Origin: Lama guanicoe
Lineage: Eukaryota
DNA: 64,000 nt
Assembly: GCA_013239625.1 (NCBI GenBank)
Contig: MU054323.1
Location: 17,178,029 to 17,242,028 of the forward strand
Direction of reading: 5' to 3'
The notes below the pieces were generated by a model. That model saw only the letters and a program-made list of their open reading frames with translations, had not been told where the DNA came from and did no database searches. Numbering within the stretch: the first letter of the stretch is position 1; each line of letters opens with the position of its first letter. Positions 34,745-48,123 of the stretch are shown here, piece after piece. The position numbers and the translations under genes are program-made.

Positions 34745-36040
34745 CAAAGCTTTACTGAGCATCTGCTTTCAGCTATGACACCTAGGCACCATGGTAGACA
34801 TCAAGAATGTAGAAATGAATAAAATTCAACTTCTGTCCTCAGGAATTTCACAACTCCAAGGATGAGACATACCGTAAACTGTAAAATAATGTGGTAAGTG
34901 CAACAGTGGACAAATGCACATTGTACGGTGGGAACAGGAGTGGAAGCAACTCAGACAGAGAGGGTCACTGGGGAAGTGGTGGTTAATGGAAGCCTGGAGG
35001 ACAAGTAGGTGCCTGCTGGGGAATGAGCACGCCATTCCAGGCCTAGGGAACAGTGTGTCCTGTGTCATGGCATCTGAGGGCACGGTTGGTTGTCTGGTAT
35101 TGCTGGAGCATAAAGAATGACAGAAGGAGGAGGTTGGGGGAGATGTGGTCTAAGAAGGGGCTAGACGTGAAGGGTCATGTGAGAGTCTGCAGTAGCTGCC
35201 ACATTCGAAGAGTTTTAAGCAAGGGCGTGATGTGATCAAATGTATGTTTTGTAGAGATGATTCTGGCAGTAGTGTAAAAGGTTGGAGAAAGAAAGCACCA
35301 GAAGTAAGATTAGTACTTCAGGTGAGAGACAGATGTTCGGGGTTTGAACTGAGTAAACAGCAGTGGGGACAAGGGGAGTAGGCACGTCTGAGAGATGTGG
35401 AAAAAGGGGGAACTGCTGGGACCTGGTGACCAACTAGACTGGTGTCAGGAGAGAAGAAGCAGGCTCTGTGTGGCTCCAGGGTTCCAATCTGGATGGTGCC
35501 ATTTCACCAAGACAGAGAACACACAAAGAGTGAATTAGGAGACAGTAAGTTTGCTTTTCCAGCTTTTGAGTTTGAGGTGACTCCAGAGGGTATCCAGGTG
35601 ATTTCTAGCAAGAGAGCTCAGAGCCCAGGACCAGAGAGAGAGAGATGTGGGGTCTGTCAGCACGGAGGCGGCAGTTAGAACACAGTGTGCTCTGGTGATT
35701 CAGGAAGACTGCACATGACAGTGAGAAAATAAGGATGTGGACAAGGACACGGACAGAACCACTACCTTAGAGCATGGGAAGAGACTCTAGTACAGGAGAC
35801 AGAGGGAGATGATCAGAGAGAAGAAAGCCATTTTGGAAGCAAAAAACCGTCAAAGAGAGCGTAGAGAGGTAGGGAAGCCAGCAATGTCAAATACTACATG
35901 CGTCAAGAATGATGAGAACTAAGGAATTGTTCCCTAGATTTGACAAACAGGTTATTTATGACTTCTGATGAGTTTAATAGAGGTGTGGGGGCAGAAGCCT
36001 CCCAGCAATGGGCTGAAGGAAGAGCGAGAGCAGATCAGCA
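34745..36040 (-). mobile_element. L2 LINE fragment
   Basis: tttactgagcatctgct... 3' end and purine-rich L2 body (gagttttaagcaagggcgtgatgtgatcaaat); approximate limits. Confidence 0.65.
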
Positions 36041-36271
36041 TGTACAGGTCACCACCTTTTAGAGTGCAGACGCAACGATGGCTACATTGGGACCTCTTAA
36101 ATCGCCACTGCAAAGAAACAATTTTGTATCTGAAAGCAGACTTAGTAGTTCAGTTTCTAGTAAGTCTGTGCTTATTCAACCTTCCCCGAGTCAGTGGTGC
36201 TGCCTGGGTCAGCGAGTGATAGAACAGGGTTTGGCTGAACTGAAGGGGCTGTTTCTCACCCCAGAACCTAA

Positions 36272-36410
36272 ATACAGTTGACCCGTGAACAACATGGATT
36301 TGAACTGCACTTATACTGGGATTTTTTTTCCAACCGTAAATACTACAGTACTTCATGATCCGTTGTCGGTTGAATCTCTGAGTGTGGAACCTGATGTAAG
36401 TATACCCAGC
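36272..36410. mobile_element. Tigger2/MER8-like DNA transposon fragment
   Basis: tacagttgacccgtgaacaacatggatttgaactgc terminal motif; a related copy lies at about 48670-48895. Confidence 0.6.
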
Positions 36411-36419
36411 CGTCCTGAC

Positions 36420-36554
36420 CTGGTAGTTCACTGATGAAGGGTGAATGTGTACATATCCATCGTTCTTGGTGACAAACTTCAGCTCATCTGATTTTGGTTG
36501 CATTCTGACAGCTCCGGTACTGGTCTTTTGAAACTTCCCTTCTGGGCTTTTCAC
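36420..36554 (-). CDS. DHX57: DHX57 coding exon
   Basis: ag|VKSPEGKFQKTSTGAVRMQPKSDELKFVTKNDGYVHIHPSSVNYQ|gt; 135 nt, phase 0/0. Confidence 0.94.
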
Positions 36555-38500
36555 CTAAACAACAGGTATTTGTAAAAACAGATGTGTGTACGTATCTCCG
36601 TTGTAGGATATCCCTTGACACAAAACCAGTCTTATTTGAATGCCTTTCCTGTTTCTTCCCTTTCTCACCTAGTTTCCTTTTGAAAGCAGTTAAGTGGAAT
36701 TTTTTTTCTTTTTTTATCCAGGAAGAACTGTGGGCGTAGGTGAGTAGCTCCGGGTGACTATACCACACACTAGCCATGTGGGGGAGAAACCATGTGGAAC
36801 ATTTCAGGTCTACACTGATTATCAGGTAAAGAAATCCAGCTGGCAACACTGGAATCTGCTGACAATCCCAGTCCAGTATTTCCAAATGAATTTCTTTCAA
36901 AATAATGGAAAAAATTATATGAATTAACACTGTTTCATTTTTAATAAATGAAGTTTATGCGCACACACACATCTACATGTTTACTGTAGAAAATAACTTT
37001 GGTATTGTAATAACACAGGGAACAATATTCAGTATCTTGTAATAACCTACAATGGAAAATCTGAAAAAACATAACTGTAATAAACTATATTCTGAAAAAA
37101 TACAACTGATCCACTTTGCTATACACCTGAAAGTAACACAGTCTTGTAAATCAACCATACTTTGATGGAAAAAAAAGGGAAAAAAATACAGATCTCTTGT
37201 AATCACATGATTAAGAAATAACCAACATTAATGTCTGATAAATATTTTAGTTTTCTGTTAGACTTATATTTATATATAGAAATGGAGAAACTCAAACACA
37301 ATATATATGTTAAAATTAATACAGGATCATTTTCTATAATCTTTTTAAACTTAATATTTAACATTTTTCCATGCTGAATTTTTTCCTAAAACCACCATTC
37401 TCAATGGCTATATAGTACTTCATTGTAATGATATATAAATTTAACCAATAAATTCCCTATTATTGGAATTTTAGATTGTTCATTCAAGTGCTGTTTATAC
37501 TTGCAAACATTCTCCTAGCTGTATCTTTATGTACATATGCATTATTTCCAGGTAATAAATCCTTAGAAGTGAAACTGCTACCTAGGGGATAGATCAAGTT
37601 ATATTCTTACCAACAGTGACAGTATTCATTTTGGGGGACTTATGACAGCACCAGTATTATAATTTTTAAAGACCTGTCACACCACAACCACCCAAGTCCA
37701 TACCTGACACTCAGGTTCACTTGTGTTGTTGTATAGTCTATGGGTTTGGGCAAGTGGGTGGCATGTTTCCATTATTATGGTGTCATGCACAGTATTTTTA
37801 CTGCCCTAAAAATCTTATGTGTTCTGCTTATTCATCCCCCCACCCCCTAATTTTTTGTCTCCATACTTTTGCTCCAAATAGTTTTTTAAAGTAAATTTCA
37901 AATGGTTTAAAAAGCATACAAGTACTAAGGAAAAATAAGCCATAAATGAATCAGATGTCAACCGAGCACTTAACAAAAAATTAAGTGATTCAGTACTCTG
38001 ACAAACTCAAATTCTAAGTTTGACAAGGACTGGATGAAACTCAGGTAAAAGTCTAACAGCACATTCAGGTAGGGTTTCCAGAAGAGGGGGGAGTCACAGG
38101 TGGTCCCATGGTAAAATGCTGACTTGTTGGATTTTGTTCTTATTTATTTCTCATCCGGAGTAGAAGGCATAAGGGAAACTGCAGTAGAATCAAGTTTCTA
38201 TCTAACACAGAGGGTTAGTTATGCACAGACTGGCTGACAGAGTGACATTGGTCCATTTTAATTTCTGGAGTGTCATACGTCAGAAGGATTACAGAGGCAC
38301 CTCATTTTATATAATAAATGTGTTCTTGAATGATGTGTCTAAACACACTGGAGAACTGAAGGATTGAAAATGTGTACTAAGTTTAACAGGTTGTGTGTGT
38401 GTATATATCTTTAAGATGATCAATGTGCATGTCTTAAGTTATAGCCATTGGCTACAAGTCAAACAAGAAGTGCCAGGACCCAGGAAAAGTATTTCATTAC

Positions 38501-38575
38501 CTGCACCACATTTGGATACAGAGCAGCACACAGCATTGCTGATATCAGCTTGGGGTTCTCAGCATTTGAGTTTGC
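38501..38575 (-). CDS. DHX57: DHX57 coding exon
   Basis: ag|ANSNAENPKLISAMLCAALYPNVVQ|gtaatg; 75 nt, phase 0/0. Confidence 0.92.
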
Positions 38576-39243
38576 CTATGAGGGAAATACAGCATTAATC
38601 TTATAAGTAATGTGGCTATTTGTGCCCTGGAATTTACTGTTATATTTCTTTTGTTTTCTATCTTAAAAGAAAAGCATCTAACTTCTACACTTTGCTAGAA
38701 AAATTATTCCTTTCTAAGTAAAAAAAAATCTACTGGACCACATTCACACAGGACCCATTCCAAGAAGCCCATAATAACTTTCTAGATCTCTGCAAAGCAG
38801 TTGCAAAACCAGTGTTCCTAAGGATCACTGGAAAGATTCTGGTCCATGAGATGCTCACAATCTCCAGAAAGTACTAACTACACTTAGAACAGAGCAGCAT
38901 CAGGTTCACCTTGAAGTGTTCGTCCTCTAGTTAAATAAAAACTATCCTTGGTTGTAAAAAGGCTGGTCTGATTTAAGACATTATTGGAAAGTCTATTCTA
39001 CCTCTGATCGACTTACTAAGAACTAGTGTGAAACTTAATTGTTGCTTCTGTTTTTGTTTTTTAACAGTAAAACAATTCTATTTTTATGAGCGTTAGCTGA
39101 CATTTATTTGTAGAAAGAGGAAAATCAAGAATGCTGCTCACTCACTGTGTAGAGGGCTTAAGGGAAGAATGCCTACCAGTGATGCTGAGGTAATATGCAT
39201 GTGATCATTAAGGAGAAATAAGAGCTAACTACACATTCTGTAC

Positions 39244-39381
39244 CTCTTCTCCTGTGGCATCCAAGATACCGTCTCCTCCTCCTTGGGCCCTTTTCTCAAT
39301 TTCCCTTGCTCGGAGCCCCTCCTTTACAAAGCCTATATCTGACAACAGTTCAGTGAATTGTCGTTTGAGGCTGGCCATTTC
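39244..39381 (-). CDS. DHX57: DHX57 coding exon
   Basis: ag|EMASLKRQFTELLSDIGFVKEGLRAREIEKRAQGGGDGILDATGEE|gt; 138 nt, phase 0/0. Confidence 0.93.
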
Positions 39382-40146
39382 CTGGAAGAAGTGGAGAAAA
39401 TCTTTAAGCAGGGGCATCAATGTATCAAAAGTAAGAATGACTACAAAAATGTGTTAGTTCAGTGGCTAGTAATGAGGTGCATATGGGTTCATCAAACAGG
39501 AATGAAGATTATCTTGCCCATTTCCAAGAGGGCAGTTTTCATTTACACAAACCAGCAGAGTAAAAATAATTACATAGAAATGCAGAAATCTGAAAAAACC
39601 CAAAGATCATTTAATTCTAGATTACCTTAAAAAAACATTCATTGGATTTTGGGTAGGTCTGATTTTTCTCGGAAATTCTTAGGACAGCCAGAAATGTAGT
39701 TGACTTTGTCTGGAACTCCAACCCAAGGTACATGACACTGTCTAGTTCTTCCTACTTCCGTCCTGCTCAGGTCCTGTTAGTCCCTTACCTGAGCCTGGAG
39801 TGCTTCATGTTCGCTCTCAATGGATGCAGCACTTTCCCTCTTTCTCTTACCTGGTGTCATTTCCTAGGACTAGGGACAGTATTAAGTGGTTTAGATTTAG
39901 ACACCCCTTTCTGTAGTTCAGCACAAGTGTGAGAAAGAAAGCGCAAACCTCTCTTCCAGCTTCTGTTCAAATACAGGCTGTGTATCAGACAACAGAGAAG
40001 AAGATACTGCAAGGAACTGAGCTAAGCACTGCCACCTTGTCTCTGGATGACACTGGGTATTTTCTTGGAATGTCTCAAGTACACATGGATAACATGGCAA
40101 AATGTAACTAGGAGTTAAACATATCAGAGCTCTATTTCATGACAAG

Positions 40147-40192
40147 GTTTTATTAAGTATCAATTAAAAAATTAATTGATACTTAATAAAAC
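40147..40192. repeat. Perfect inverted repeat (21-bp arms, 4-nt spacer)
   Basis: gttttattaagtatcaattaa-aaaa-ttaattgatacttaataaaac; arms are exact reverse complements. Confidence 0.95.
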
Positions 40193-40389
40193 TAATCCTA
40201 TCATTTAAGCTGGAGTTGAGTGAAAATACGTAACTGATGGACCTCACAGATCACAACAAAATCTACATATATCCTAAAGAAAAAGAATAAATATAGTTAA
40301 AAAATAAGAGAAATATCATTTTATGCTTAAAAATCTTAATGACTCAAGGAAATAATTACTGTACCTTACATAAAAAAATACCCTTTAGA

Positions 40390-40585
40390 CCAGTGGTTCT
40401 CAACCCTGGCTGCACGTTAGAATCACTTGGTGAACCCAACAACAAGGCAAGTGAACAGATGCCCAGGCCCCACCCCTAGAGCTCCAGATGTAATTCGCCT
40501 GGGATGGAACCTAGGCATTTTTACTTAATTTTTTTAAGCTTCTTCAAGTGAATCTACTGTGTAGCCAGGACTGAAAATCACTGCT
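40390..40585. mobile_element. MER5-like hAT DNA transposon
   Basis: cagtggttctcaaccctggctgcacgttagaatcacttgg...gtgtagccaggactgaaaatcactg. Confidence 0.75.
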
Positions 40586-41629
40586 TTTGTTGTACTTAGA
40601 ATAATACTAGAGACTTTGTCTCCTGACGATGTCTCACTGTAGTACACCTAACGGCAGAGGAGAATGAAGGCAGATACTGGGATGGTTCTGAGGTATCTTA
40701 CTTCATTTCAAACAACCAAATTCATCCATTGAGTGAATTTTACTGAGCATCAACTATGTGCAGAGTACTATTCTAAGCACTGGAGACACAGTATTGAACA
40801 AAAGAGGTAAGATCTCTGCTCAGATGGAGCTTAGGGGGTGGAGAGATAAACAGATGGCAGACAGTGGTAAGTACCACGAACATTAATTTTGTGTCCTACT
40901 CCAGCATATGTTCTAATATGAGAGTAAAGTCCTCCCCTCAGCCTCAAATCTCTGAATAAAATAGATGCTTTATAAAGATATGCCCTGTCATTATTCGAGC
41001 TTTTCATGCCACTCTGGAAGGAAGCCTAAAATATTGTCATGACAGAAGACAGAACTCTGTCTATTAATACATAGAAGATAAGAAACCTTTCTCTTCCTTG
41101 TGTACTCACTATTGACATGTAGCCTCTGATGGACAGCAGAAGAATTAGAATCCGTTTGAGTATTCGTTCTTTGGTTTTGGGGAGAGGGTAGGGAGTTTGG
41201 GACAGTCATAGACCACTTTGAGAATCCAATGAAAGCTCTGATCCCTTTCTCCAGGATAATGCACATCTGTATAAATATGACTTTGCATATAATTTTGTGA
41301 TTTATGGATCCAGGTTAAGGATGCTTGGTTTAATTACTAAAAAAACTGACTTCCAGTGAACAGCAATCTTCAGAGTGCCTACATTCCCCTAGCCTCCACA
41401 TAAGTAAACACACATTCACTGAAAAGAGGCAAAACAAGTCAGTTGAAAGGTTCCACACAGAAGGCCTGATGTCATAGCTCAGGAGTCTGTTGTACACAGA
41501 GGGTAAAGCCAAGCAAGTTCCAAAAATAACATTTTCAATGTCAAGGCAGGACAAGCAAAATAAAATTTCAACCCCATCCAGCATGCTACTACAATAGAAA
41601 ATGAATGAAAACAAATTTCCACAACTCAC

Positions 41630-41713
41630 CTGAAGAACTCTTCCGGACAAGAAGTTTTGTCTGCAGTAATTGTAACTTGCACGCATCCCTTCTTTCGTAC
41701 TTAGCTGCCATCC
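41630..41713 (-). CDS. DHX57: DHX57 coding exon
   Basis: ag|GWQLSTKEGMRASYNYCRQNFLSGRVLQ|gtgagt; 84 nt, phase 0/0. Confidence 0.93.
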
Positions 41714-41800
41714 CTAAATTTTGGAGAAAATCAAAATGAACTTACTCTGTCTTTAGTGCCAACTCTGGTAACAACCTCAGCTATTAGGTTATATACGTAC

Positions 41801-41896
41801 CTTATATGCTCGTAGGAGGGCCAGATAATCACTGTTTGCAAATGCAAATTCTAGCTTTTTCTGGTTAGCTTCCTCTTTTTTATCCCAGGGAGAGAC
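41801..41896 (-). CDS. DHX57: DHX57 coding exon
   Basis: ag|VSPWDKKEEANQKKLEFAFANSDYLALLRAYK|gtacgt; 96 nt, followed by an 87-nt intron. Confidence 0.93.
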
Positions 41897-42939
41897 CTAC
41901 ATGAGGAAAAGCAGGTGTGAAGGACACATATTATCTGAGGTTTCAAATGGCACTTTCCTACTGCTGAAGCCAGGTGCCTTGGGAAGAGTTTTATGTGGAA
42001 CAGGGTGCACAGTGGGTGGCTGCTTTAAAAGTAATTACGGTGATTTAAGTGACAAGCGAACAGTCCTCCCTGTCCTTGTGAGTCTGCCCACCCAAAATAA
42101 CCTCTACTGGATCTTTTACTTCCTAGTGGCAAGAGGTCATCAAAGAATCACTCATTTAAAAGCTACATCTAAAATCTAAGATTCTGTTACCTCTGTGGTA
42201 TCTTTATTTCACAGATTCTTATTCATCTTTTATACCTGAGTCTCCCCTATTTCTATACCCATACTTCATGTTTTTTAGTTTTTAAAAATGAATGTTGACA
42301 GGTCCTCCTTTTCCCTACAAATTAGTAAAACTAGCTGAGAACTTAATTTGCACTGCCTTCTCCCACGGCAACAGACATATACTAGAGACACCTGCAGTAG
42401 CTCCTCAGAGCAAGTCACTCCGAGGCCCTCACTGTATCATTCTAAATGATTCATTCTAAACCACCTATGGTGCATCTCTTTTAATTTTTGTATATCTGAA
42501 TACCTTTATAGCCAACAACAATTTCAAGTAGAAAATAAAATTCTTTCCTTTTTAGGAAGGTCAATGGGAAAAGGATTACATCTGGGAGGTTAATGTTATG
42601 TTTACAGAGTCCAGCAAAGGGCAAGTATCAGTTTTGGCTAAGGATGAAAAATTTTCTGTATTTCAGTGAAAGAAAACAGCCAGTGAGAGGTTATTTAGAC
42701 AATCTGAGAAATAGGTAATGGAGGTCTTGTTCACCACAATACTGACTGTCCCTGGCAAGCTATAGCACCCAGTCTGGCCCTTAGTTTTGTCATGTTAAGT
42801 GAGAGAGCTGAACTGAGATCCCTCTGCAGATCTGTGAGTTTACAATTCCGTGAAGTATAACATTAAAACTGAAGAAAATCACTGCATCTATCTATTCCTC
42901 TATCTACGTGAGATAAGCCATGGGGAAAATAAAGGCAGC

Positions 42940-45375
42940 ACAACACTCTACCCAACAACAGCTGAGTACTCCTTCTCCTCAAGTCTACGTGGAACACTCT
43001 CCAGGACAGAGCATATGCTTGGCCATAATACAAAGCTTAGTTAAGTTTTAAAGGACTGAAATAATACAAAGTATGTTCTTTGACCAAACAGAATGAAATT
43101 AGAAATCAATAATAGAAAAAAATTAGGAAACTCATAGATACATGGACATTAAACACATACCTAATAACCAATGAGTCATAGAAGAATAAAAAGGGATATC
43201 AGAAAATACTTGAATGAAAAAGGAGACACAACATACCAAAACTTATGGGATGCTGCTAAAGCAGTCTGTAAAAGAAAATTTATAGCTGTGTGTGCATGTT
43301 TATACTGAAAAAGAAGAAAAATCTCAAACCAATAATCTAAACTTCTACCTTAAGATACTGGAAAAAGAACAACAAACTAAACCTGAAACAAACAGAAGGA
43401 AGGAAATGAAGAGCAGAAGTTAATAAAACAGGGAACAGAAAACCAGTAGGGAAAAGCAATGAAACCAAAAGCTGGTTCTCTAAAAAGATCAACAAAATTG
43501 ACAAACCTTTAGCTAAACTGATCAAGAGAAAAAAAAAGAGAGAGAGGGAACGGTCCAATTACTAGAATGGGGACATTACTACCAACCGCTCAGAAATAAA
43601 AAGGACTATAAAATACTATGAACACTATGTGTTAGTAAATTAGGTAGTTTAGATGAAATGGACAAATTCCTAGAAAAATACAATCAAAACCAACTCAAAG
43701 AAAGAAAAATACCACATATCACTCATATGTGGAATCTGAAAAAAGACATAAATAAACTTGTTTACAAAACAGAAAGAGACTCACAGATACAGAAAACAAA
43801 CTTATGGTTACCAGTGGGGAAGGGGGTGGGAAGGGATAAATTGAGAGTTCAAGATTTGCAGATACTGACTACAATATATGAAATACATAAACAAGTTTCT
43901 TCTGTATAGCACAGGGAACTAAATTCAATTCTTATAGTAACCTATAAAGAAAAAGAATACGAATATATGTATGTATATGGATGACTGAAACATGTTGTAC
44001 ATCAGAAACAGACAACATTGTAAACTAACTAAACTTCAATTAAAAAAAAAAGACTCAAACAGATAACTAGAATAGACCTATTAACAAGTGAAGAGATTGA
44101 ATTAATAACAATAAAAAAAATTGCCTACAAAGAAAAGCCCAAGTGGCCTCACTGATAAATTCTACCAAACTTTTTAAGAAGAATTAATATTAATTCCTCA
44201 CAAACTCTTCAAAAAACAGAGGAGTGAATACCTCCCAAATCATTACGCAGCCAGTATTACTCTGATACAAAACCAGACAAGAACATCACAAGAAAACAAA
44301 GCTACAGACCAGTATCTTTTATGAATATGGACATAAAAATCCTCAACACACTACCAAAAAGAACAAAGCTGGGGAATTCACACTTTCTGATTTCAAAACT
44401 TAGTATAAAACTAGTTTTGTATTTTGAATCAAGACTGTGGAATTCGTGTAAGGACAGACTATATAACTTAATGGAACAGAATCAAGAATCTAGAAATAAA
44501 CTCATGTATCTATGGTCAATTAATATTTGACAAGAATGCAAGACCATTCAATGGAGAAAGAACAGTCTTTTCAATAAATGGTGCTGGGACAACTGGAAAG
44601 TCACAGTCCAAGCAAAAGAATGAAGTTGGACTCTTACCTCACACTGTGCACAAAAACTAACTCAAAATGGACCAAAGACCATAATGTAAGCACTAAACCT
44701 ATAAAACTTTTAGAAAAATACGTAGTTTCATGACTGTGGATTTAGCAATGGATTCTTAATCATAACAACAAAAATTCAAGCAACAAAAAACTAGATAATC
44801 TGGAAGTTAGAAAAATAAAAGCTTTTGTATTTCAAAGAATAGATCAAGAAAGTGAAAAAGGCAACCCATAATATAGGAGAAAATATTTGCAAATCATGTA
44901 TCTGGAAGGAACTTATATCCAGAATATATAAAGAACTCTTACAACTCAATAATAAAAGGCCAAATAACCCAATTAAAAAATGGGCAAACTACCTGAAATA
45001 GACATTTCTTGAAAGAAGTTACACAAATGGACAATAAGCAAATGAAAAGATGTTATACATGCTGTAACTAGATGAATCTTAAAAGCATTATGCTAAGTGA
45101 AGAAGCTGATCACAAAAGACTGTATATTATACTATTTCACTAATACGAAATGTCCAGAAGAGGCAAACCGATGAAGACAGAAAGGAGACTGGTGGTTGCC
45201 TAGGGCTGGAGTGGTGGGAGGACTGGCAGGAAATAGGAGTGATAGCTAAGAGGTGTTTTTATGAAGTGATAAAAATGTTCTGAAACTGACTATGGTGATG
45301 ATTGCACAATACTAAAAACTAATAAAACTGTACACTTTAAATGGATGCATTATATTTCAATAAAGTGTTAAAAGA
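42940..45375 (+). mobile_element. Degraded L1 (ORF2 to 3'UTR) with a younger L1 3' end nested at about 43700-44050
   Basis: ORF2 remnants (aacataccaaaacttatgggatgc, aaaagatcaacaaaattgacaaacc, gatgaaatggacaaattcctagaaaaatac); the nested copy ends in poly(A). Confidence 0.85.
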
Positions 45376-45711
45376 AAAAGTAGCCCAATGTATTTATTGT
45401 TTTTCGAAAATCATGCAAGGGCATTTTTTGCTTGCTTGCTTTTTCTGATTTTCCTATAATCCTATAAGGAGCAAGTAAAGCAGACATACAAAAGCATATT
45501 TATAATACTTAAATAAGCTGGATCTCTAGTTCTTCATCTTTACTTGGGGCATGGATTTCTTTGAGGATCAGATCAGTTATAGACATTATGCCCTGAAAGA
45601 GTCACATATTAACATACAAGAACATTTTTAGCGGACTCCCATAACCCTGAAGCCCCCATGGTCCCCTTAGAGACTTACGGACTCCAGTTTAGATGAATGT
45701 TGTTTACTTAC

Positions 45712-45988
45712 GAAAGGAGACTTAAAAGCTAAACTGGCAGCGATGGTGAGAGCAGGATCCAAACAGCGGAAGATAGACCCAAACAGCATTAGTTTGCCGA
45801 TTCTCACATCTACGGGCAGAGAGGCCAAGTGATACCCTAGAGGGGTCAGTTTTTCATCTGGAGTTAAGGCTCCCAAGTCTCGTAATCGTATTTTTGAGGC
45901 ACGGAGAGAATCAGCGTGTGGAGGTTCAATGAGCTGAGAGAACACAGACTGGAGATTATGAGTGCTAAACATCTCTAAAATTTTAATT
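45712..45988 (-). CDS. DHX57: DHX57 coding exon (HA2 domain)
   Basis: ag|(R)IKILEMFSTHNLQSVFSQLIEPP...LTPLGYHLASLPVDVRIGKLMLFG...SLAFKSPF|gtaagt; 277 nt, phase 2/0. Confidence 0.95.
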
Positions 45989-47136
45989 CTGAAAAAAGAA
46001 AACAATAATTTGTCAATTTTATTTCTGGTGACATGACACAAAAGAGTGAAAATAATTTATAATTTTCCAGATACATGCTTTCATAAACCAAACCATGCCA
46101 GTTTAAATAAATTTTTTAAAAATCTCATGTCTTCTAGTTCTCCTGGAAATAATTGCAGAAACACTTTCTGATTGTGAAATTTACTGAGATTTGGATTACA
46201 ATTCTCTCTATAAACTTCTAAAATGATTCCCTATCAGTGTGTTCAAATCATGAAATAAAATTCAAATGATCAATTCACTCTCTCTCCCACATCTGAAACT
46301 GTATAGTAATTGTTTATAAAACTAATCTGCTTTGTGTCCTGCTGTGTAACTGTTGAAAAGCTATTTTAAATTATGAATTTAGGCAATTCTCAGAAGAGAA
46401 AAATCTAATATAAAATTTATTTCACTTATAATTCCTGTCTAATCTACCAATCTATAAACATTACCACTTTACATTTTTACTAATGTAATGGAAGGCTCTC
46501 AAAATATACCTACTAGATAAAAGAAGAGCTATAACATCTTTGGATAAGTAACTTTCTTTCCTTTGGGTTGTCATTTTATGGGCATATACTCCCTCAAAGT
46601 GATGACTGGGTCAAAGGGCATGGATAGTTTTAGAGTTCTTATGTAACGCTATACAAATTTTCAGAAAAGTTGAAACAAAGGTTCCCCAGCTTCAGTAACA
46701 TTGAGTTTAATCATTCACTCATTAAATCCTATTTTATGATATTTGTTCTTGTTTGTTCATCAGGTAAATAATGGTGTTTTCAAGTTTTGTTCACTTTGTT
46801 CTGCCTGATAATGAGGCTGTAGATTTTCCCCTGTGATGATTTAACATTGGTGTTACCCAAGCAGAAATTTCCTGACAAGTTAGATTACTTTCCTAACTTA
46901 TAACTGTACTCCTAAACTCTATTTTAGGGCCATTCTCTGCAATGCAAGAGATCTTTCTGTGCAGAAAGTTAAAAAGAATGGTAAAGGCAACACCAAAGAG
47001 CTTTTTCTTTGCAAATGAATGAGTTCATCCAAGTCCACTCTTAGCAAAACATCTTCACTAAGGAAAAAAACAAACATGGAACTTAAGGTGAGAAACACTG
47101 GGACCTTCTGGAAGCAGAACAATGATCAAGATGTAC

Positions 47137-47337
47137 CGTAGACAGAGCTGTTCCAACGGCACTCTTTGTATTTCTGGTAGCTGCTGTTTTAGAAGTTGGT
47201 GATTGAAGTGATGACTGGTAAATAAATGGAAGCAGACCCCAGAGGCAACACGACCTGCTCGCCCTTTTCTTTGCAGGGCATTGGCTTGAGAGACAAAAGT
47301 ATCCTCTAAACTTTCCATTCCTTTGCTGGCATCGTAT
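47137..47337 (-). CDS. DHX57: DHX57 coding exon (helicase motif VI)
   Basis: (R)YDASKGMESLEDTFVSQANALQRKGRAGRVASGVCFHLF...PEIQRVPLEQLCL(R); 201 nt, phase 2/2. Confidence 0.95.
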
Positions 47338-47949
47338 CTATAAGTTAAAGAAAATGTAAAAAAGAGTTAACCTTATAAGAGTGTGGCCAAGACTTTACTT
47401 AGCATGGACAGAACAGATGAACTGTCCTTTTGTGGAAGGACAGTGTACTGTGTGTTCTGGGGTAGGGGAGTCCAGGGTGGGAGCACCCAGTGCTGATTTA
47501 AATGGTATCAAATGCTACCACATACAGTTTCTTTATATAATTTCTAAAAAACTTCCTTCCCATTTTTATTTATTTTTGACAAATAAAAAGTGTATATATT
47601 TAAGGTATACAATGTGATGTTCTGATATATGTATACACTGTGAAATGATTACCAATCATTTGATGATTAACATATCCATCACCTCCCATGATAACTCTTT
47701 TTCATGAACATATGAGAAAAAGAGAGGAAAAATAATTACATCCAAGGTAAAACCTTAAACTTTCCACCTCTGTTTGAACATAAGATTCATGGTCCTAGCT
47801 ACAGAATCACTCATATATCCATGGACAATTTTCATAAAGTATTTTTTCAAACAGTAATGCATGCAGCTTAACAGCATTAGCCATTAACAGCTGTGTTGCT
47901 TCAAATGCAGCATCTTTAGCCCCTTTCTTACATCACCAAAAGAGAATAC

Positions 47950-48123
47950 CTCTTTTCTTTCATTTTCCCAGAATCGATGACATAGACAACATCATCAATG
48001 GTTATGGAAGTCTCAGCAATATTGGTGGAAATTATAATCTTAGTTACACCTACAGGCGGTTTTACAAACACAGCCTGCTGCTCTTCACTGGATAAAGATG
48101 AATGAAGTGGGTGAACAACACAT
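47950..48123 (-). CDS. DHX57: DHX57 coding exon (helicase motif V)
   Basis: (R)[19 protein letters not shown]...[30 protein letters not shown](R); 174 nt, phase 2/2. Confidence 0.95.
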
